In this document: positions 10,127-20,890 of the stretch, in pieces
Position numbering within the stretch: position 1 is the stretch's first letter
How the letters are laid out: each line of letters begins with the position of its first letter
NCBI GenBank assembly: GCA_964447765.1
Contig: CAYUTO010000001.1
Location: 121,125-185,124 of the forward strand
Origin: an uncultured Gammaproteobacteria bacterium
Lineage (GTDB): Bacteria; Patescibacteriota; Patescibacteriia; Magasanikbacterales; UBA922
Direction of reading: 5' to 3'
Length of the DNA stretch: 64,000 nucleotides
Position numbers and translations under genes: made by a program
The notes under the pieces: generated by a model
Seen by the model: only the letters and a program-made list of their open reading frames with translations
Database searches by the model: none
What the model was told of the DNA's origin: nothing

Positions 10127-10367
10127 AGGTATGGGTTATACCCCTCTATATGTACCCTACACCCATATCTCACATATGTCTACCAGGATAGAGTGTAAAA
10201 CACCTTTACCTCTATATATCTCACACAAAAACTTATTTTATACAAAACATTTTTGTGATTGTATTGTTTTTAATAACTGCATTCGCACCCGCGATACTGA
10301 GAAGTACAACCATAGAAAAACTAGCCGCTGGAGAAAAACACACCCATTATAAAACTATCTAGATAAA

Positions 10368-13253
10368 CTATTCAACACTGCAGGCAATCGCATTTAGTTT
10401 CCCCCTCGTCTGTGGACCAATGTACCCGACACGATCAATGCCATGTTCTGCTTGGAATTTTATTACCGCTTCACGAGTAAGGGGTCCAAAAAAACCAGTT
10501 GGAGCATGCGACAAGTACGATGATTTATTAAGAAGCTCCTGAGCAATCGTAACCCATGTATTCTGCATCCCATACATCAAGGTTGTTGTGGTGTCTAGGC
10601 ATTTTTTTGCAGTATTTTCTAAAAGAGGTGGCGGCACTACCGTTGAAGATGCACATTGCTCCTCATGGATTTTCTTTATTTTTACAAGACTGGTTGTGTA
10701 GACATACCCAGTCCCCTTTGAGATACCCCATGGTGTTAAAATTTCTGCAACATTTTTCTCTTGCCAACGAACCACTGCATCAAAGTCTACCCGGTCGTAA
10801 AATCCATCAACAGATAATTGTGCATGTTCGTACGTATTTAAAAATTTCTCGAGCAATCGCACATCATCTGGATTATTTTGAAACCCAATACGAATAGGAT
10901 TTTTTAGATATAATTCAACCCCACAAGAAAGTCCTTTTTCCATCTGAACAGGGGTGAGTGTAATTGAATCAGAAATGACCAAAGTTCCACCTTCGAATGA
11001 ACGAAGTTTAATATACACCGTTTTCATTCCAGCCCCACTACTCAATCTATACTCAGTAGGATTTGCAAATGAGACAAATAAACCATTGGCAAAATTAGGA
11101 TCTTCGCTGATTACCATCTGCATTGCATTATCTGCATTGATAGTAAGAATCACGTTATTATCTGCCGTTTCTTCTGCACCACCATTTATAAGAAGTGCAC
11201 CAATTGTAGGCGTAACTCCAGGATGTGTGATCGGGACACTCGGAGGAATAAAAGTTCCCCCACCACTCTCCTGCATTTCATGACCAAACAATCCAAAAAT
11301 TGAAAAACTATCTGAAGTACAGCTAATAGTATTTATTGAAGCACTGACCGTGCAATCATCTAGAGCCCTCCATGCACTATTGTGGTAGTGGTACAGTAAC
11401 AAAGATGATTCATCCAGACCTTGAATTTCATCATTTGAATACGTATAGGTAATTGTTACTGGAGTATCAAACGAATCAAGAATAATTGAATCATTGATAA
11501 TCGCTTTTACATCAAACACAATGTCCCCTACTACAGCATCAGGGCCGGTCGGCATACCCGTATTTGGCAGTACAGTACCTTTCTGTAGCGCATGGATTTG
11601 AATGACTAGACTATCAGAGTCTTCGGTCACCCCCGTTGGAACAACAACCTGAATAGTCGATTTTTCTGTAGGAAGCGAAGCTGAACCTCCTGACACAACA
11701 TCCATAGGAGTGGACGTTGCACTTGAGGCACTAACAATTGATTCACCTAAACATCCAGTAGTTATAAATTCTTGCGCAGTAGAGGATACTGTATTACCCG
11801 ACGCATCACGCGACTGTACAGTATAGAAGTACGTCGTACAAGCAAGAAGTGGCGATAGATCTACTTGATGCGAGACTACTCGAGGACTTATATCAGATTC
11901 AGCTGTGCTTACGGTTAAATTTTGTGTTAACCCAAAATACACTCTACTTGATGCAAGCTCATTAGTACTCCATGAGATAGTAGTTGACGTCTGCCCAGGC
12001 GTCGAGGTCACATTAGTAATTACTGGTGCAGTAAAATCACCCGTAGTAAAATTCCATGTAGTACTATTAGAAATACCTGAGTACCCAACTAACGATACAT
12101 TAGTAAAGGCTGTGGACGACACAAGCACATAATATCCGGTTTGTTCGTCAAAAATGACTGAAGGATTTACCGTAATCGTATTAGTTCCACCTCCACTGAC
12201 CTGAGCACTCAAGACCGAAATTTGCTCGACCAAACTACCGTCAGAGCTCTTTCGAACTTCGATATACCCTGTACTTGTAACTACAGTACTACTAAATACC
12301 ATAGTCAAGTTTGGTTCAACCGCAATTCCAGTTGCATTATCTGCAGGTGTCCGAGAATTCAAGACTGGAGCACTCACCGTTGTGATTGATACGTTTTTTC
12401 CAGACACACCAGGCAAATTTCCTGGTTCCCCAAACTCTACCACATATCCTGAAATCGAATAATCACACGGCAAATCATTCCAGGTACCATTAGTCACATA
12501 GAATTGACCACAATCTTCACCTACTCCATGGTCATTTGGTTCTGAACCTGCCCAGTTTTCATAATTTCCGCCCACAGCACTTCCACCTGCAGCGCCTGAC
12601 CAAAACTGTGTCCCATTCTCAGGACCGGTAACCCATTTCCAATTCCCTTCTTGCACTGAGTCGCTTGCACCCATCCATCCATCCCCTTGGAGACGATCGG
12701 CAACAAAATCGTTTTCTTCTTGAGAGAGAATCGTTGCTAGATATCCCGGCACCCCGTACGCAGTCTGATTCTGAGCAGCGGTCACCGCACTGTTCCAGCT
12801 GATTACACCCGAAATAAATTTGTACAAATGTCCATTGTCTGCAAAAAAGACTTCACCCTGCTCTACCAACGAAACCTCAAGTGTGTCCGTGCCAGTGCCA
12901 CCACGTGTATAGGTAAGCGTCTGCAATGCTGCATTGATATTGGCGACTGTTCCACTAAATTGTAATGTGGAGCCAGTCTGCCCTCCCGTAAAGGTCAACC
13001 CGGTCACTGATCCGAAGGCAAGCGTACCATTAGTCACCAGCAACTTTACTGGTGTAGTAGAGGCGCTATTTCCTATCAATTGTATGTCAGTGACCTGAGT
13101 GGCTACCCCAACCGTCGTAGTAGCAGCATCTGGACCTGATATGGTAATTGAACCTGAAGCACTAACTCTATTAACTCCACTAAATAGTAAAATAAAGACA
13201 CTAATTCCAACTATAGTACTCGAAAAGATATACGCAACACGTTTATATAACAT
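10368..13253 (-). CDS. Large cell-surface protein: C-type lectin, Ig-like (SbsA/Big), FN3, C-terminal peptidoglycan-binding domains
   Basis: WAGSEPND..EDC..WNDLPC lectin motif; TPADNATGI Ig start; FFGPLTREAVIKFQ..GYIGPQTR PG-binding. Confidence 0.85.
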   Translation of the reverse strand: MLYKRVAYIFSSTIVGISVFILLFSGVNRVSASGSITISGPDAATTTVGVATQVTDIQLIGNSASTTPVKLLVTNGTLAFGSVTGLTFTGGQTGSTLQFSGTVANINAALQTLTYTRGGTGTDTLEVSLVEQGEVFFADNGHLYKFISGVISWNSAVTAAQNQTAYGVPGYLATILSQEENDFVADRLQGDGWMGASDSVQEGNWKWVTGPENGTQFWSGAAGGSAVGGNYENWAGSEPNDHGVGEDCGQFYVTNGTWNDLPCDYSISGYVVEFGEPGNLPGVSGKNVSITTVSAPVLNSRTPADNATGIAVEPNLTMVFSSTVVTSTGYIEVRKSSDGSLVEQISVLSAQVSGGGTNTITVNPSVIFDEQTGYYVLVSSTAFTNVSLVGYSGISNSTTWNFTTGDFTAPVITNVTSTPGQTSTTISWSTNELASSRVYFGLTQNLTVSTAESDISPRVVSHQVDLSPLLACTTYFYTVQSRDASGNTVSSTAQEFITTGCLGESIVSASSATSTPMDVVSGGSASLPTEKSTIQVVVPTGVTEDSDSLVIQIHALQKGTVLPNTGMPTGPDAVVGDIVFDVKAIINDSIILDSFDTPVTITYTYSNDEIQGLDESSLLLYHYHNSAWRALDDCTVSASINTISCTSDSFSIFGLFGHEMQESGGGTFIPPSVPITHPGVTPTIGALLINGGAEETADNNVILTINADNAMQMVISEDPNFANGLFVSFANPTEYRLSSGAGMKTVYIKLRSFEGGTLVISDSITLTPVQMEKGLSCGVELYLKNPIRIGFQNNPDDVRLLEKFLNTYEHAQLSVDGFYDRVDFDAVVRWQEKNVAEILTPWGISKGTGYVYTTSLVKIKKIHEEQCASSTVVPPPLLENTAKKCLDTTTTLMYGMQNTWVTIAQELLNKSSYLSHAPTGFFGPLTREAVIKFQAEHGIDRVGYIGPQTRGKLNAIACSVE

Positions 13254-13374
13254 AAATGAAGATAAAATTTTTTAAAGTATATCAAATTTCTTTTAAAAAA
13301 AATATACTCTTTTGTTTGTAGTAAAAATAAAAAACTCTATTTACTGAATTTTTTATCACAAAATCATTATCTGA

Positions 13375-14478
13375 CTACGCACTTTTAAACTCTCCTACAA
13401 TTGCCTCAAGTATATCGTGGAAGCTAATGATACCCAAGACCTCACCCGTCCCTTTATTATCAGTAATAAGTACAATACTCACCGATGATCTTTTGAGTCT
13501 TTCGATCGCCACAAGAGATGGTACATCTGCATTGATATGCATCACTGGCTGAATGAGCGCCTGCAAGTCAATTCCTCCTTTTTCATTCTTAAACAAATGA
13601 GACAACACGTCTTTGGTCTCTATAGCCCCAAGATTTTTATCGAGCGATCCTTCACACACCGGAAAAACTGATCGATCACTTCCGGTTATTTTGTTTCTAA
13701 TAGTATCGGTCGAATCATTGATATCGAGCCACACCACTTCCTGATCAGGAGTCATAAAATCACTAATCGGTCTATTTCCCAAGTGAAATATACTTTCTAC
13801 CATTTTTTGTTCTGCTCTCTCAAAAATTCCACTTTCAGCTCCTTCGGCAATCAGTAATTTTATTTCCTCCTCACTAACTATTTGTTCAGTAGCAGGCTTG
13901 ATTCGAAGTAACTTGAGAAAAAAATCGGTGGATACACTAAGTAATGCCACCATCGGTGTCGCAATCCGCATGATCATCGTGATAGGTCCTGCAACCTTCA
14001 GTGATATTTTCTCTGGATTAGACAAAGCAATTTGTTTTGGAACCAATTCACCAATCACAAGCGACAGAAATGTAATAATGATAACGACCACAATCACACT
14101 TACGGGCTCTGCATATGCAGCAGTAAGCGCAAATGTTTTCAACCACTGTTCCATATGCTCAGCAACGGTTGCCCCACCAAATGCGCCAGCAAATATTCCA
14201 ATCATCGTAATACCTATCTGAACGGTAGAAAGCATTTCAGGAGATTTGCGAGTCAAAAATAGTGCTTTTTGTGCCTTGATATTCCCCTGTTTGGACAACT
14301 GTCTCAAACGACTTTTTTTTACACTTAACAAAGCTATTTCGGATAACGAAAAATAGCCATTGAGTACAATTAAGGCCACTATTAATAATACTTCGATTAT
14401 AATGTTTGACATATGCAGTAAATGAGTAACGGTTGTGTATTGTAGCACACTTCTATTTGTTTTTACAGTCCTCGACAT
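13375..14478 (-). CDS. Hemolysin-family CNNM (DUF21) + CBS protein
   Basis: LNGYFSLSEIAL, VQIGIT, GELVPKQIAL; CBS pair; start likely M23. Confidence 0.9.
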   Translation of the reverse strand: MSRTVKTNRSVLQYTTVTHLLHMSNIIIEVLLIVALIVLNGYFSLSEIALLSVKKSRLRQLSKQGNIKAQKALFLTRKSPEMLSTVQIGITMIGIFAGAFGGATVAEHMEQWLKTFALTAAYAEPVSVIVVVIIITFLSLVIGELVPKQIALSNPEKISLKVAGPITMIMRIATPMVALLSVSTDFFLKLLRIKPATEQIVSEEEIKLLIAEGAESGIFERAEQKMVESIFHLGNRPISDFMTPDQEVVWLDINDSTDTIRNKITGSDRSVFPVCEGSLDKNLGAIETKDVLSHLFKNEKGGIDLQALIQPVMHINADVPSLVAIERLKRSSVSIVLITDNKGTGEVLGIISFHDILEAIVGEFKSA

Positions 14479-14552
14479 CAGCCACGTATATACATAAAAA
14501 ACTGTCTAAATAAGCCAGTTTTACTAATACTTAACTGAACCTACAATCAAAC

Positions 14553-15218
14553 TTATTTTATAGAAAATACTTTTTTGATTGACGTCTTCTTTGGTTTTAC
14601 TGAAAAATCAAACCAGCAGATAATCGCGCTTACAATTGCAGCAAAAAAGCACCACACCGAGGTGAAATTGACCATATATAATTTCCACGCAACAAGTGCT
14701 AGCATCCAGAATACAAAATACAAAAATCTAACATTACGATTACTTGAAATAAGACCAGCTACAATAGTCGTGAGGCCATACACTACGATTGCAAGCGTGC
14801 CAAATGGGGTGACGTAATCATAGTAGATACAACTATTCACGACGGTGGCTGATGCAGGGTTCATGATAAACGCCCCATACAGTGCAACACCGAGCATAAT
14901 TCCAGCCCCTGACAATCCCATCAGTATGTGTTTCCGTCGTGGGTTTTCCTCAAGTATATATACACTGAACGGTGCGTAGGCAGGCCACCAGAAAAGTGCA
15001 AAAAAGAGAAATAGATACGTAAAAAGCAAGGTGTATGTTCCACTCCCCTGAATATTCAACCACAACATCCCCTCAATTAATTGTTGTATTGCAAAAATAA
15101 ACGGTATAACCGCAATTGGTAACACTTTTTTTATTCTCTGATTCTTGATCACAGCCGCACCGCCAGCAACTGAAAGAAGTGCTGCAGCAGTAAAACTCGC
15201 TTCTGGAGAAAAACACAT
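14553..15218 (-). CDS. DUF6629-like membrane protein
   Basis: MCFSPEASF start, QQLIEG and SVWCFFAA motifs. Confidence 0.75.
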   Translation of the reverse strand: MCFSPEASFTAAALLSVAGGAAVIKNQRIKKVLPIAVIPFIFAIQQLIEGMLWLNIQGSGTYTLLFTYLFLFFALFWWPAYAPFSVYILEENPRRKHILMGLSGAGIMLGVALYGAFIMNPASATVVNSCIYYDYVTPFGTLAIVVYGLTTIVAGLISSNRNVRFLYFVFWMLALVAWKLYMVNFTSVWCFFAAIVSAIICWFDFSVKPKKTSIKKVFSIK

Positions 15219-15313
15219 AATGTAAAAATGTATGGGACAAGTATAGCATGAAAAGTGTAAATAAAAAATCCTGATACATACTCAGGATTTTTTATTACTC
15301 ACCTATTTGAAAA

Positions 15314-16699
15314 CTACGTATGTCCATTAGTAAAGACTCTCCGCTCAAGTTCATCAAAATCGTAGTTTTGTGGAAAATACTCTTCAAAAAGTTTCATCGC
15401 TGGTTCACCGGAATATTCAAGGCGACGTGACGCATAATGCATCGCAAGAATCATTTCTTCAGGCTCCCCTACGCAATCAAATGGCTTAAATCCTTCGATA
15501 CCAAGGATACGTCTAAAAACGGGTAGGAGGCGCTTTTTGGCATACAGATCAGCACCGAATATATTGACTAGTTCTTTTTTTGGTAGAAATGCAGAGAAGC
15601 AGGCAAAGAGGAATATGCATTTTGGACATCGCTTACACCAATAGTTTGTACGCGACATACGCTGTATCACACGTGGCTCCCAAAAATAGGTATTACAGCT
15701 CGTAAAGTTGTAGAGGTACTGAGGATACTCGACGAATCGCTCCACGATCTCAAGTTCGCTGTATTCCCGCAAGAGCGAGCGCGTGGAAATGTCTGGCGTG
15801 ATATAGGATTGCATGTACTCATTGATCATTTTTTCCGCTGCAGATGATTTGCACCACTGATGATTCACGGGTAAGCCGAGATACTCTAGGTTACCAAAAT
15901 CAGCACTACGTTCGTTCGAGAAAATGATTGAGTTGTAACCGAGAAGTTCTGCGAGTAGTGTCGCTGTAAATGTAAATGTCGAGACCGATGGATACGCACC
16001 CGATAATATTGCATTGAGCCATGGATCACGACGACGAGTGACACTAATAGTCTTTGCACCCACGAGATGTGCAATGCGTTTGTGAGCGGGTGTTGGTGCA
16101 AAAGCAAAAAAGTCGAATGGTGTATCTGATGCTTTTAATATTTCCGCAGAGAGAATAGAATCTTTGCCTGCACCATTCAAAAGCAGTGCTCGCGGGGAAC
16201 ATTCGAGTCGTGCGGGCGTCGGTGCGACAAGAGAATCATCATACGGAAACGCAATGAGATTACGGAAATCAATCTGCATGAGGTAGAAAAATTCTCCAAG
16301 CCCATGTAGATAGAGCGTGTCCCAGAAATGCGCTTGCTCACGCGTGAGCGCAAACCCTTCGATTTTAATGTTCCTGGTTGGGAATGCACTCCAGTAGTTG
16401 ATGCCGATCATGATGAGTAATGCTTGCAGAGTCGGCTCGAGCACTGCTTTTGGTACTTTTTCCCACAATTCTGGCCCTACATCTGAAAATACGAGTTGAT
16501 CTGTAAACGTTTTAGTTATTCCAAATGTAAATTCAACGTGATAGGTAAAAAATATGGTTGAACGCTTTGCGTCAACTTTGTACGCACCAAACGTAAATGA
16601 CGATGCACGTAGTAATTTTACCGGATGCCACATATTTGTATGTTCAATTTTCGTAATGATAGCATAGGGCTTTCTTTGCGAATTGAAAAATAGACGCAA
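15314..16699 (-). CDS. murL: MurL-like UDP-MurNAc-L-Ala-L-Glu epimerase homologue
   Basis: GAGKDS, SNERSA, VNHQW.KS, SCN, WCKRCPKC and KPFDCVG motifs. Confidence 0.75.
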   Translation of the reverse strand: MRLFFNSQRKPYAIITKIEHTNMWHPVKLLRASSFTFGAYKVDAKRSTIFFTYHVEFTFGITKTFTDQLVFSDVGPELWEKVPKAVLEPTLQALLIMIGINYWSAFPTRNIKIEGFALTREQAHFWDTLYLHGLGEFFYLMQIDFRNLIAFPYDDSLVAPTPARLECSPRALLLNGAGKDSILSAEILKASDTPFDFFAFAPTPAHKRIAHLVGAKTISVTRRRDPWLNAILSGAYPSVSTFTFTATLLAELLGYNSIIFSNERSADFGNLEYLGLPVNHQWCKSSAAEKMINEYMQSYITPDISTRSLLREYSELEIVERFVEYPQYLYNFTSCNTYFWEPRVIQRMSRTNYWCKRCPKCIFLFACFSAFLPKKELVNIFGADLYAKKRLLPVFRRILGIEGFKPFDCVGEPEEMILAMHYASRRLEYSGEPAMKLFEEYFPQNYDFDELERRVFTNGHT

Positions 16700-16712
16700 T
16701 ATAAATCATCGA

Positions 16713-17555
16713 TCAAAATAAAAATACCACGCTTGTAAATAATGCAAAACCCACAATGGTATTTAATAAAGGAAAATACCAGTACGCTTTTTGTACATGA
16801 CCCGGATAAAATAAAAGATATAAAGGAATAAAAAGATAGGCTAAGACCATAAAACCCAAAATAGATATGGGGAAATACAGCCATAAAACGAAAACTGATA
16901 TAAGCCATAACAACAGACACAAAACCAGCGATTGTCGAACACCTAGCACTACTGCGGTAGTAGAAAGACCTGCCTTGGCGTCGCTTGAGATATCAGGAAC
17001 TGCCGAGAATAAATGCATAGCCCAGGTCCAACAGCACACACCGATAATAATAGGCCAAGGAGGCAAATGCCCAACAACTTGTACATAACCAATAAAACCA
17101 GGCAGGCCATATAAAAGGTTTGATACAAAATCAATAAAAGGATGGGCTTTGAACCGTAGAGGTGGAGCACTATAAAAATAGGACAGGAAATAAAATAAGC
17201 ATAATAAGAAAGCTAGCAACACCGAACTCGCCGTAATTAAAACTCCCACATTCACCATAGTAATAACTAGTAGTGTAATGCGTAATTTGACTATTTGCGA
17301 AACCACCAACAACTGTTCCTGTGCACCTTTTTTTTGATTAAACTGGTCTGTATCACTATCATATAAATCATTTACCCCGTATAAAAAAATATTAGCCGGG
17401 ATAAGAAAAAATAATACGTAGACAAAAAATTGGGGGTTTAAAAAATCTTGCAGGCTAGTGATACCAGCCGCATACCCTACTACATAGGTCCCAGCTATAT
17501 ACAACCAAAATCTTGGCCGAGATAGTCTGTATAAGAATAATAGATAATTAATCAT
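16713..17555 (-). CDS. UbiA-family prenyltransferase, lycopene elongase/hydratase type (LyeJ/CrtEb-like)
   Basis: SRPRFWLY, YGVNDLYD..D..N.KK, YSAPPLRFK, MHLFSAVPDI..D; last gene of crt operon. Confidence 0.85.
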   Translation of the reverse strand: MINYLLFLYRLSRPRFWLYIAGTYVVGYAAGITSLQDFLNPQFFVYVLFFLIPANIFLYGVNDLYDSDTDQFNQKKGAQEQLLVVSQIVKLRITLLVITMVNVGVLITASSVLLAFLLCLFYFLSYFYSAPPLRFKAHPFIDFVSNLLYGLPGFIGYVQVVGHLPPWPIIIGVCCWTWAMHLFSAVPDISSDAKAGLSTTAVVLGVRQSLVLCLLLWLISVFVLWLYFPISILGFMVLAYLFIPLYLLFYPGHVQKAYWYFPLLNTIVGFALFTSVVFLF

Positions 17556-18613
17556 GTTGAACGGTTAAGATTAAAAGCGAGAAGGTCGTCCAAAAGCTGT
17601 TTTTGTTTGGAGTCAAATGGAAGCCCCGCAATAATTTTCTTAGCTTCCTTGATTTCTTTTTCTAAAAGAACCTGAATTTTGTCTATAACGCTATACTTAA
17701 CAATCAGTTCACGAACTTGCATTAACTGTTGTTTTCCAGCGGCAGGATTACCAAATATAGTTCCAAGCAATTTTTGCTCAGCTTTGGTAGCATGCTTATA
17801 CAAAAAATAATAATATAACGTCTGCTTACCTTCGCGAATATCTGACCCACATGGCTTACCGATTTTTTCCTGCTCCCCATACATACCTAATTCATCATCT
17901 TTAATCTGGAAAATAATTCCAATATGTTCTCCCAACTTCGCCAAACTGTTCACGGTATCAGATGCCACACCAGCAGCTATGCCGCCTAGCATAAAGGGCA
18001 ACGAGAATGTATAACGCGCCGTCTTATACCTATACAGTCGGAGGATTTCATGTATAGTCACCGATTGAGACACCGATCCAGCCCAGACATCTTGCATTTG
18101 CGCAAAACCAACCTTACATAATTCCTGAGAAAAAATTTGTACCAGCTTCTGACCTAACACTGCTTGTGAAACAGGCAGAGATGCCAACAGATCAAAGCTT
18201 AAAAATATCGCCACATCTCCAACACATACACCGAGAGATTCACCTAGATGATCCGCGTGCTTGCTTTTACTGGCATGTGCCAACATCTGATATTGGCGAT
18301 AAACAGTAGGCTGACCGCGACGTAAACCATCACAATCCATAATATCATCATGTATAACTAGGGCTGTATGGACAATCTCAATTGCGGCCGCCAGTTTCTG
18401 ACATGTTTCATCTGGCTTTTTTTGCGCCAATTCATAAGCCATATACACTAATCCTCCCCGAACCATTTTACCCTGACTGGCTGTGGCACGAAGTCTACGC
18501 AAGGCATCTACACTCCACCGATTTACGGGTTTATACAAAGCAATCTGATGAGTTACATACTCATTTAAAAATGGTGCAATTGACTGTTTGGTCGCGGCGA
18601 AATATTCTTTCAT
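17552..18613 (-). CDS. crtE: Polyprenyl (geranylgeranyl) diphosphate synthase
   Basis: GKMVRG, IHDDIMD..RRG, YKTARY, FQIKDD, SDIREGK. Confidence 0.85.
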   Translation of the reverse strand: MKEYFAATKQSIAPFLNEYVTHQIALYKPVNRWSVDALRRLRATASQGKMVRGGLVYMAYELAQKKPDETCQKLAAAIEIVHTALVIHDDIMDCDGLRRGQPTVYRQYQMLAHASKSKHADHLGESLGVCVGDVAIFLSFDLLASLPVSQAVLGQKLVQIFSQELCKVGFAQMQDVWAGSVSQSVTIHEILRLYRYKTARYTFSLPFMLGGIAAGVASDTVNSLAKLGEHIGIIFQIKDDELGMYGEQEKIGKPCGSDIREGKQTLYYYFLYKHATKAEQKLLGTIFGNPAAGKQQLMQVRELIVKYSVIDKIQVLLEKEIKEAKKIIAGLPFDSKQKQLLDDLLAFNLNRST

Positions 18614-19428
18614 ACAAGATTACAAATTAACTGCTTCACAATACGAGCTTTAGATGGTTTTACTTTTGTTTTAAAAATAATAAATGGATCACTCTCAATA
18701 ACCTTGGCTGTGTAACGATACATATCGGCCGCGGTTTTTATAGGTAAGAGAGTACGACGAGAAAAATAACTAAAACCAACTTCTCCTTGCTTTTGCCAGT
18801 CACGGTAGCGCTCCAATTCTTGCTGGATTACATTTTTAAATGCTTGCGGATTAGCACGTGCTGTAGCTTCGGTAAGATTCTCGAATCCGAATGGACGAAG
18901 TACTTCCAGGGGAATATATTGTCTCCCCAACCCAATATCTTCGGAAATATCTCGAATAAAATTAATATACTGAAATCCCCGACCCAGTAACTGCGCAGTC
19001 TCGTATGATTCAGCTGGCAGACCAAGCAATTTGGTCATAACAAGACCGATAACTTCAGCTGATCCATAAATATACGTACACAGCTCTTCAAGAGTATGGT
19101 AATTTTTTTTCGAAATATCAGCGGTCATGGCTGCTAGAAATGATTCTATCCAGGAAGCAGGAATCTCGCGACGACGCATTACCTCTACAAACGAATCAAT
19201 AATAATATCGTTTGCAGACGTACCGCTCAAAGCCCGAGCATATTTTTGTTTAAAATCTAAAAATGCTTCTAGGCGAGGTGGAACCACATCCACCATATCA
19301 TCTGCTACGCGCACAAAAGCATAAAACTTAAAAATATCGTCACGTACCTCTGCAGGAAAAAATAAACTGCTCGTAAAAAAAGTCTTACTCCCCTGTTTAA
19401 ATATCTGATAAATCTTTTTATCCACCAT
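18610..19428 (-). CDS. crtB: Phytoene synthase
   Basis: SKTFF, YAFVRVADDMVD, YIYGSAEVIG, QYINFIRDISED..GRQYIP. Confidence 0.93.
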   Translation of the reverse strand: MVDKKIYQIFKQGSKTFFTSSLFFPAEVRDDIFKFYAFVRVADDMVDVVPPRLEAFLDFKQKYARALSGTSANDIIIDSFVEVMRRREIPASWIESFLAAMTADISKKNYHTLEELCTYIYGSAEVIGLVMTKLLGLPAESYETAQLLGRGFQYINFIRDISEDIGLGRQYIPLEVLRPFGFENLTEATARANPQAFKNVIQQELERYRDWQKQGEVGFSYFSRRTLLPIKTAADMYRYTAKVIESDPFIIFKTKVKPSKARIVKQLICNLV

Positions 19429-20890
19429 AATTATTTTTGATATTACTAGCTACGAGTTGCGACGAGATAAGACACATTGGCATACCAATACCAGGATGCG
19501 TATACTGACCCGTATAATATAAATTAGCAACCTTTTTACTCTGATGGCGAGGCCGAAAGACTGCGGTTTGCATGAGAGTATGACTTAGGCCTAAAGCCGT
19601 ACCTTTATAGGCATTAAATAACTCTTTAAAATCACGATGAGAAATAATTTTTTGTACTACCGGATTATGCAGGTCTTCCCCCAACAAGCCTCCTAAATGA
19701 GTAAGTATCTTTTCCGCATATCGCGCTCGCAGATCATCTGAATCTTCTAAGCCCGCAGCTACGGGAACTAACACAAACAAAGCTTCGCCTCCCGGTGGCA
19801 CGATCGTCGAATCAGTTTTTGAAGCACAGGAGACGTAATACGAAGGATGCTCTGGCCACGACGGATCTTCAAAAATAGTATCAAAATGCTTCATCCAGTC
19901 ATGATCAAAAAATAAACTATGATGTTCAAGCCCCTTGATTTTACGATCATACCCTAAACACAGGATAAAAGCAGAGGGTGCTACGGTACGCTTCTCCCAA
20001 TATGACTCGCTATATGTTTGAAATTTCTTATCCAACAAAGCAGTTTCGGTGTGATGATAGTCAGAATTAGCAATAACAATATCTGCCTCTACCAAAGTTC
20101 CATTAACGATCACTCCACGCGCGCGACCATCGACTACTTCTATACGCTCAACTGGACTATTATACGTCATACGTGTGCCATATGACTCAGCCAACGTTAC
20201 CAATGCCTGCACGACGCGATTAATACCACCTTCTGGATACCACACACCCAAATTAAAATCTATGTGTGACATAAGCGAATAAATCGCGGGCGTATTTTTG
20301 GGAGCTCCTCCTAAAAATACCATACTATATTCCAAAATCTTTCGCAGCTTATCATTTTTAAAATATCTTTTGGTATATTTGTCCAATGTTTCAAACACAT
20401 GAAGTTTTCTGCCTTCAATAAGCATCTGGCGATTAAAAAAAGATAACAGCGATGTATAATCTTTATACAAAAAATCTTTCATTGATACATCATATTGATA
20501 CTTGGACTGAGCCAGATAACGAGATAGTTGAAGAGCTGCTCCCGGCTCAATGGATTCAAAAAGGTCCATGTTTTTTTGTAGATCTGCGGAAATATCAACA
20601 TAATCGTCTTTTCCATAAAAAATACGATAGGCCGGATCCAAACGTTTAAGGGTAAAAAAATCTTCCGGCTTTTTATCAAATTCCGCAAAAAACTTTTCAA
20701 ATACATCGGGCATTAAGTACCAGGAAGGACCGAGGTCAAATAAAAACCCACTCTCTTGATAGATACTTGCTCTACCCCCGGGCTGACTATTTTTCTCAAA
20801 AACGGTCACCGCAAAACCATCTTTGGCCAGCAGTGCCGCGGACGAAAGACCACCAAATCCAGCGCCAATAATAATTGCTTTTTTAGGCAT
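19418..20890 (-). CDS. crtI: Phytoene desaturase / carotenoid desaturase (CrtI/CrtD family)
   Basis: GAGFGG FAD motif, FDLGPSWYLMPD, HPGIGMPMCLIS. Confidence 0.92.
   Translation of the reverse strand: MPKKAIIIGAGFGGLSSAALLAKDGFAVTVFEKNSQPGGRASIYQESGFLFDLGPSWYLMPDVFEKFFAEFDKKPEDFFTLKRLDPAYRIFYGKDDYVDISADLQKNMDLFESIEPGAALQLSRYLAQSKYQYDVSMKDFLYKDYTSLLSFFNRQMLIEGRKLHVFETLDKYTKRYFKNDKLRKILEYSMVFLGGAPKNTPAIYSLMSHIDFNLGVWYPEGGINRVVQALVTLAESYGTRMTYNSPVERIEVVDGRARGVIVNGTLVEADIVIANSDYHHTETALLDKKFQTYSESYWEKRTVAPSAFILCLGYDRKIKGLEHHSLFFDHDWMKHFDTIFEDPSWPEHPSYYVSCASKTDSTIVPPGGEALFVLVPVAAGLEDSDDLRARYAEKILTHLGGLLGEDLHNPVVQKIISHRDFKELFNAYKGTALGLSHTLMQTAVFRPRHQSKKVANLYYTGQYTHPGIGMPMCLISSQLVASNIKNNYGG

Noticed and set aside
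10280-10340. GC-richer intergenic patch resembling att-like site 3
   Set aside because: No CTC-N16 spacing and no clear preceding hairpin.
15263-15320. Possible sixth att-like site (hairpin then CTCACCTATTTG) that would make murL+crt a cassette
   Set aside because: The hairpin-CTC position fits, but the TTNGAAC half is missing; too weak to count.
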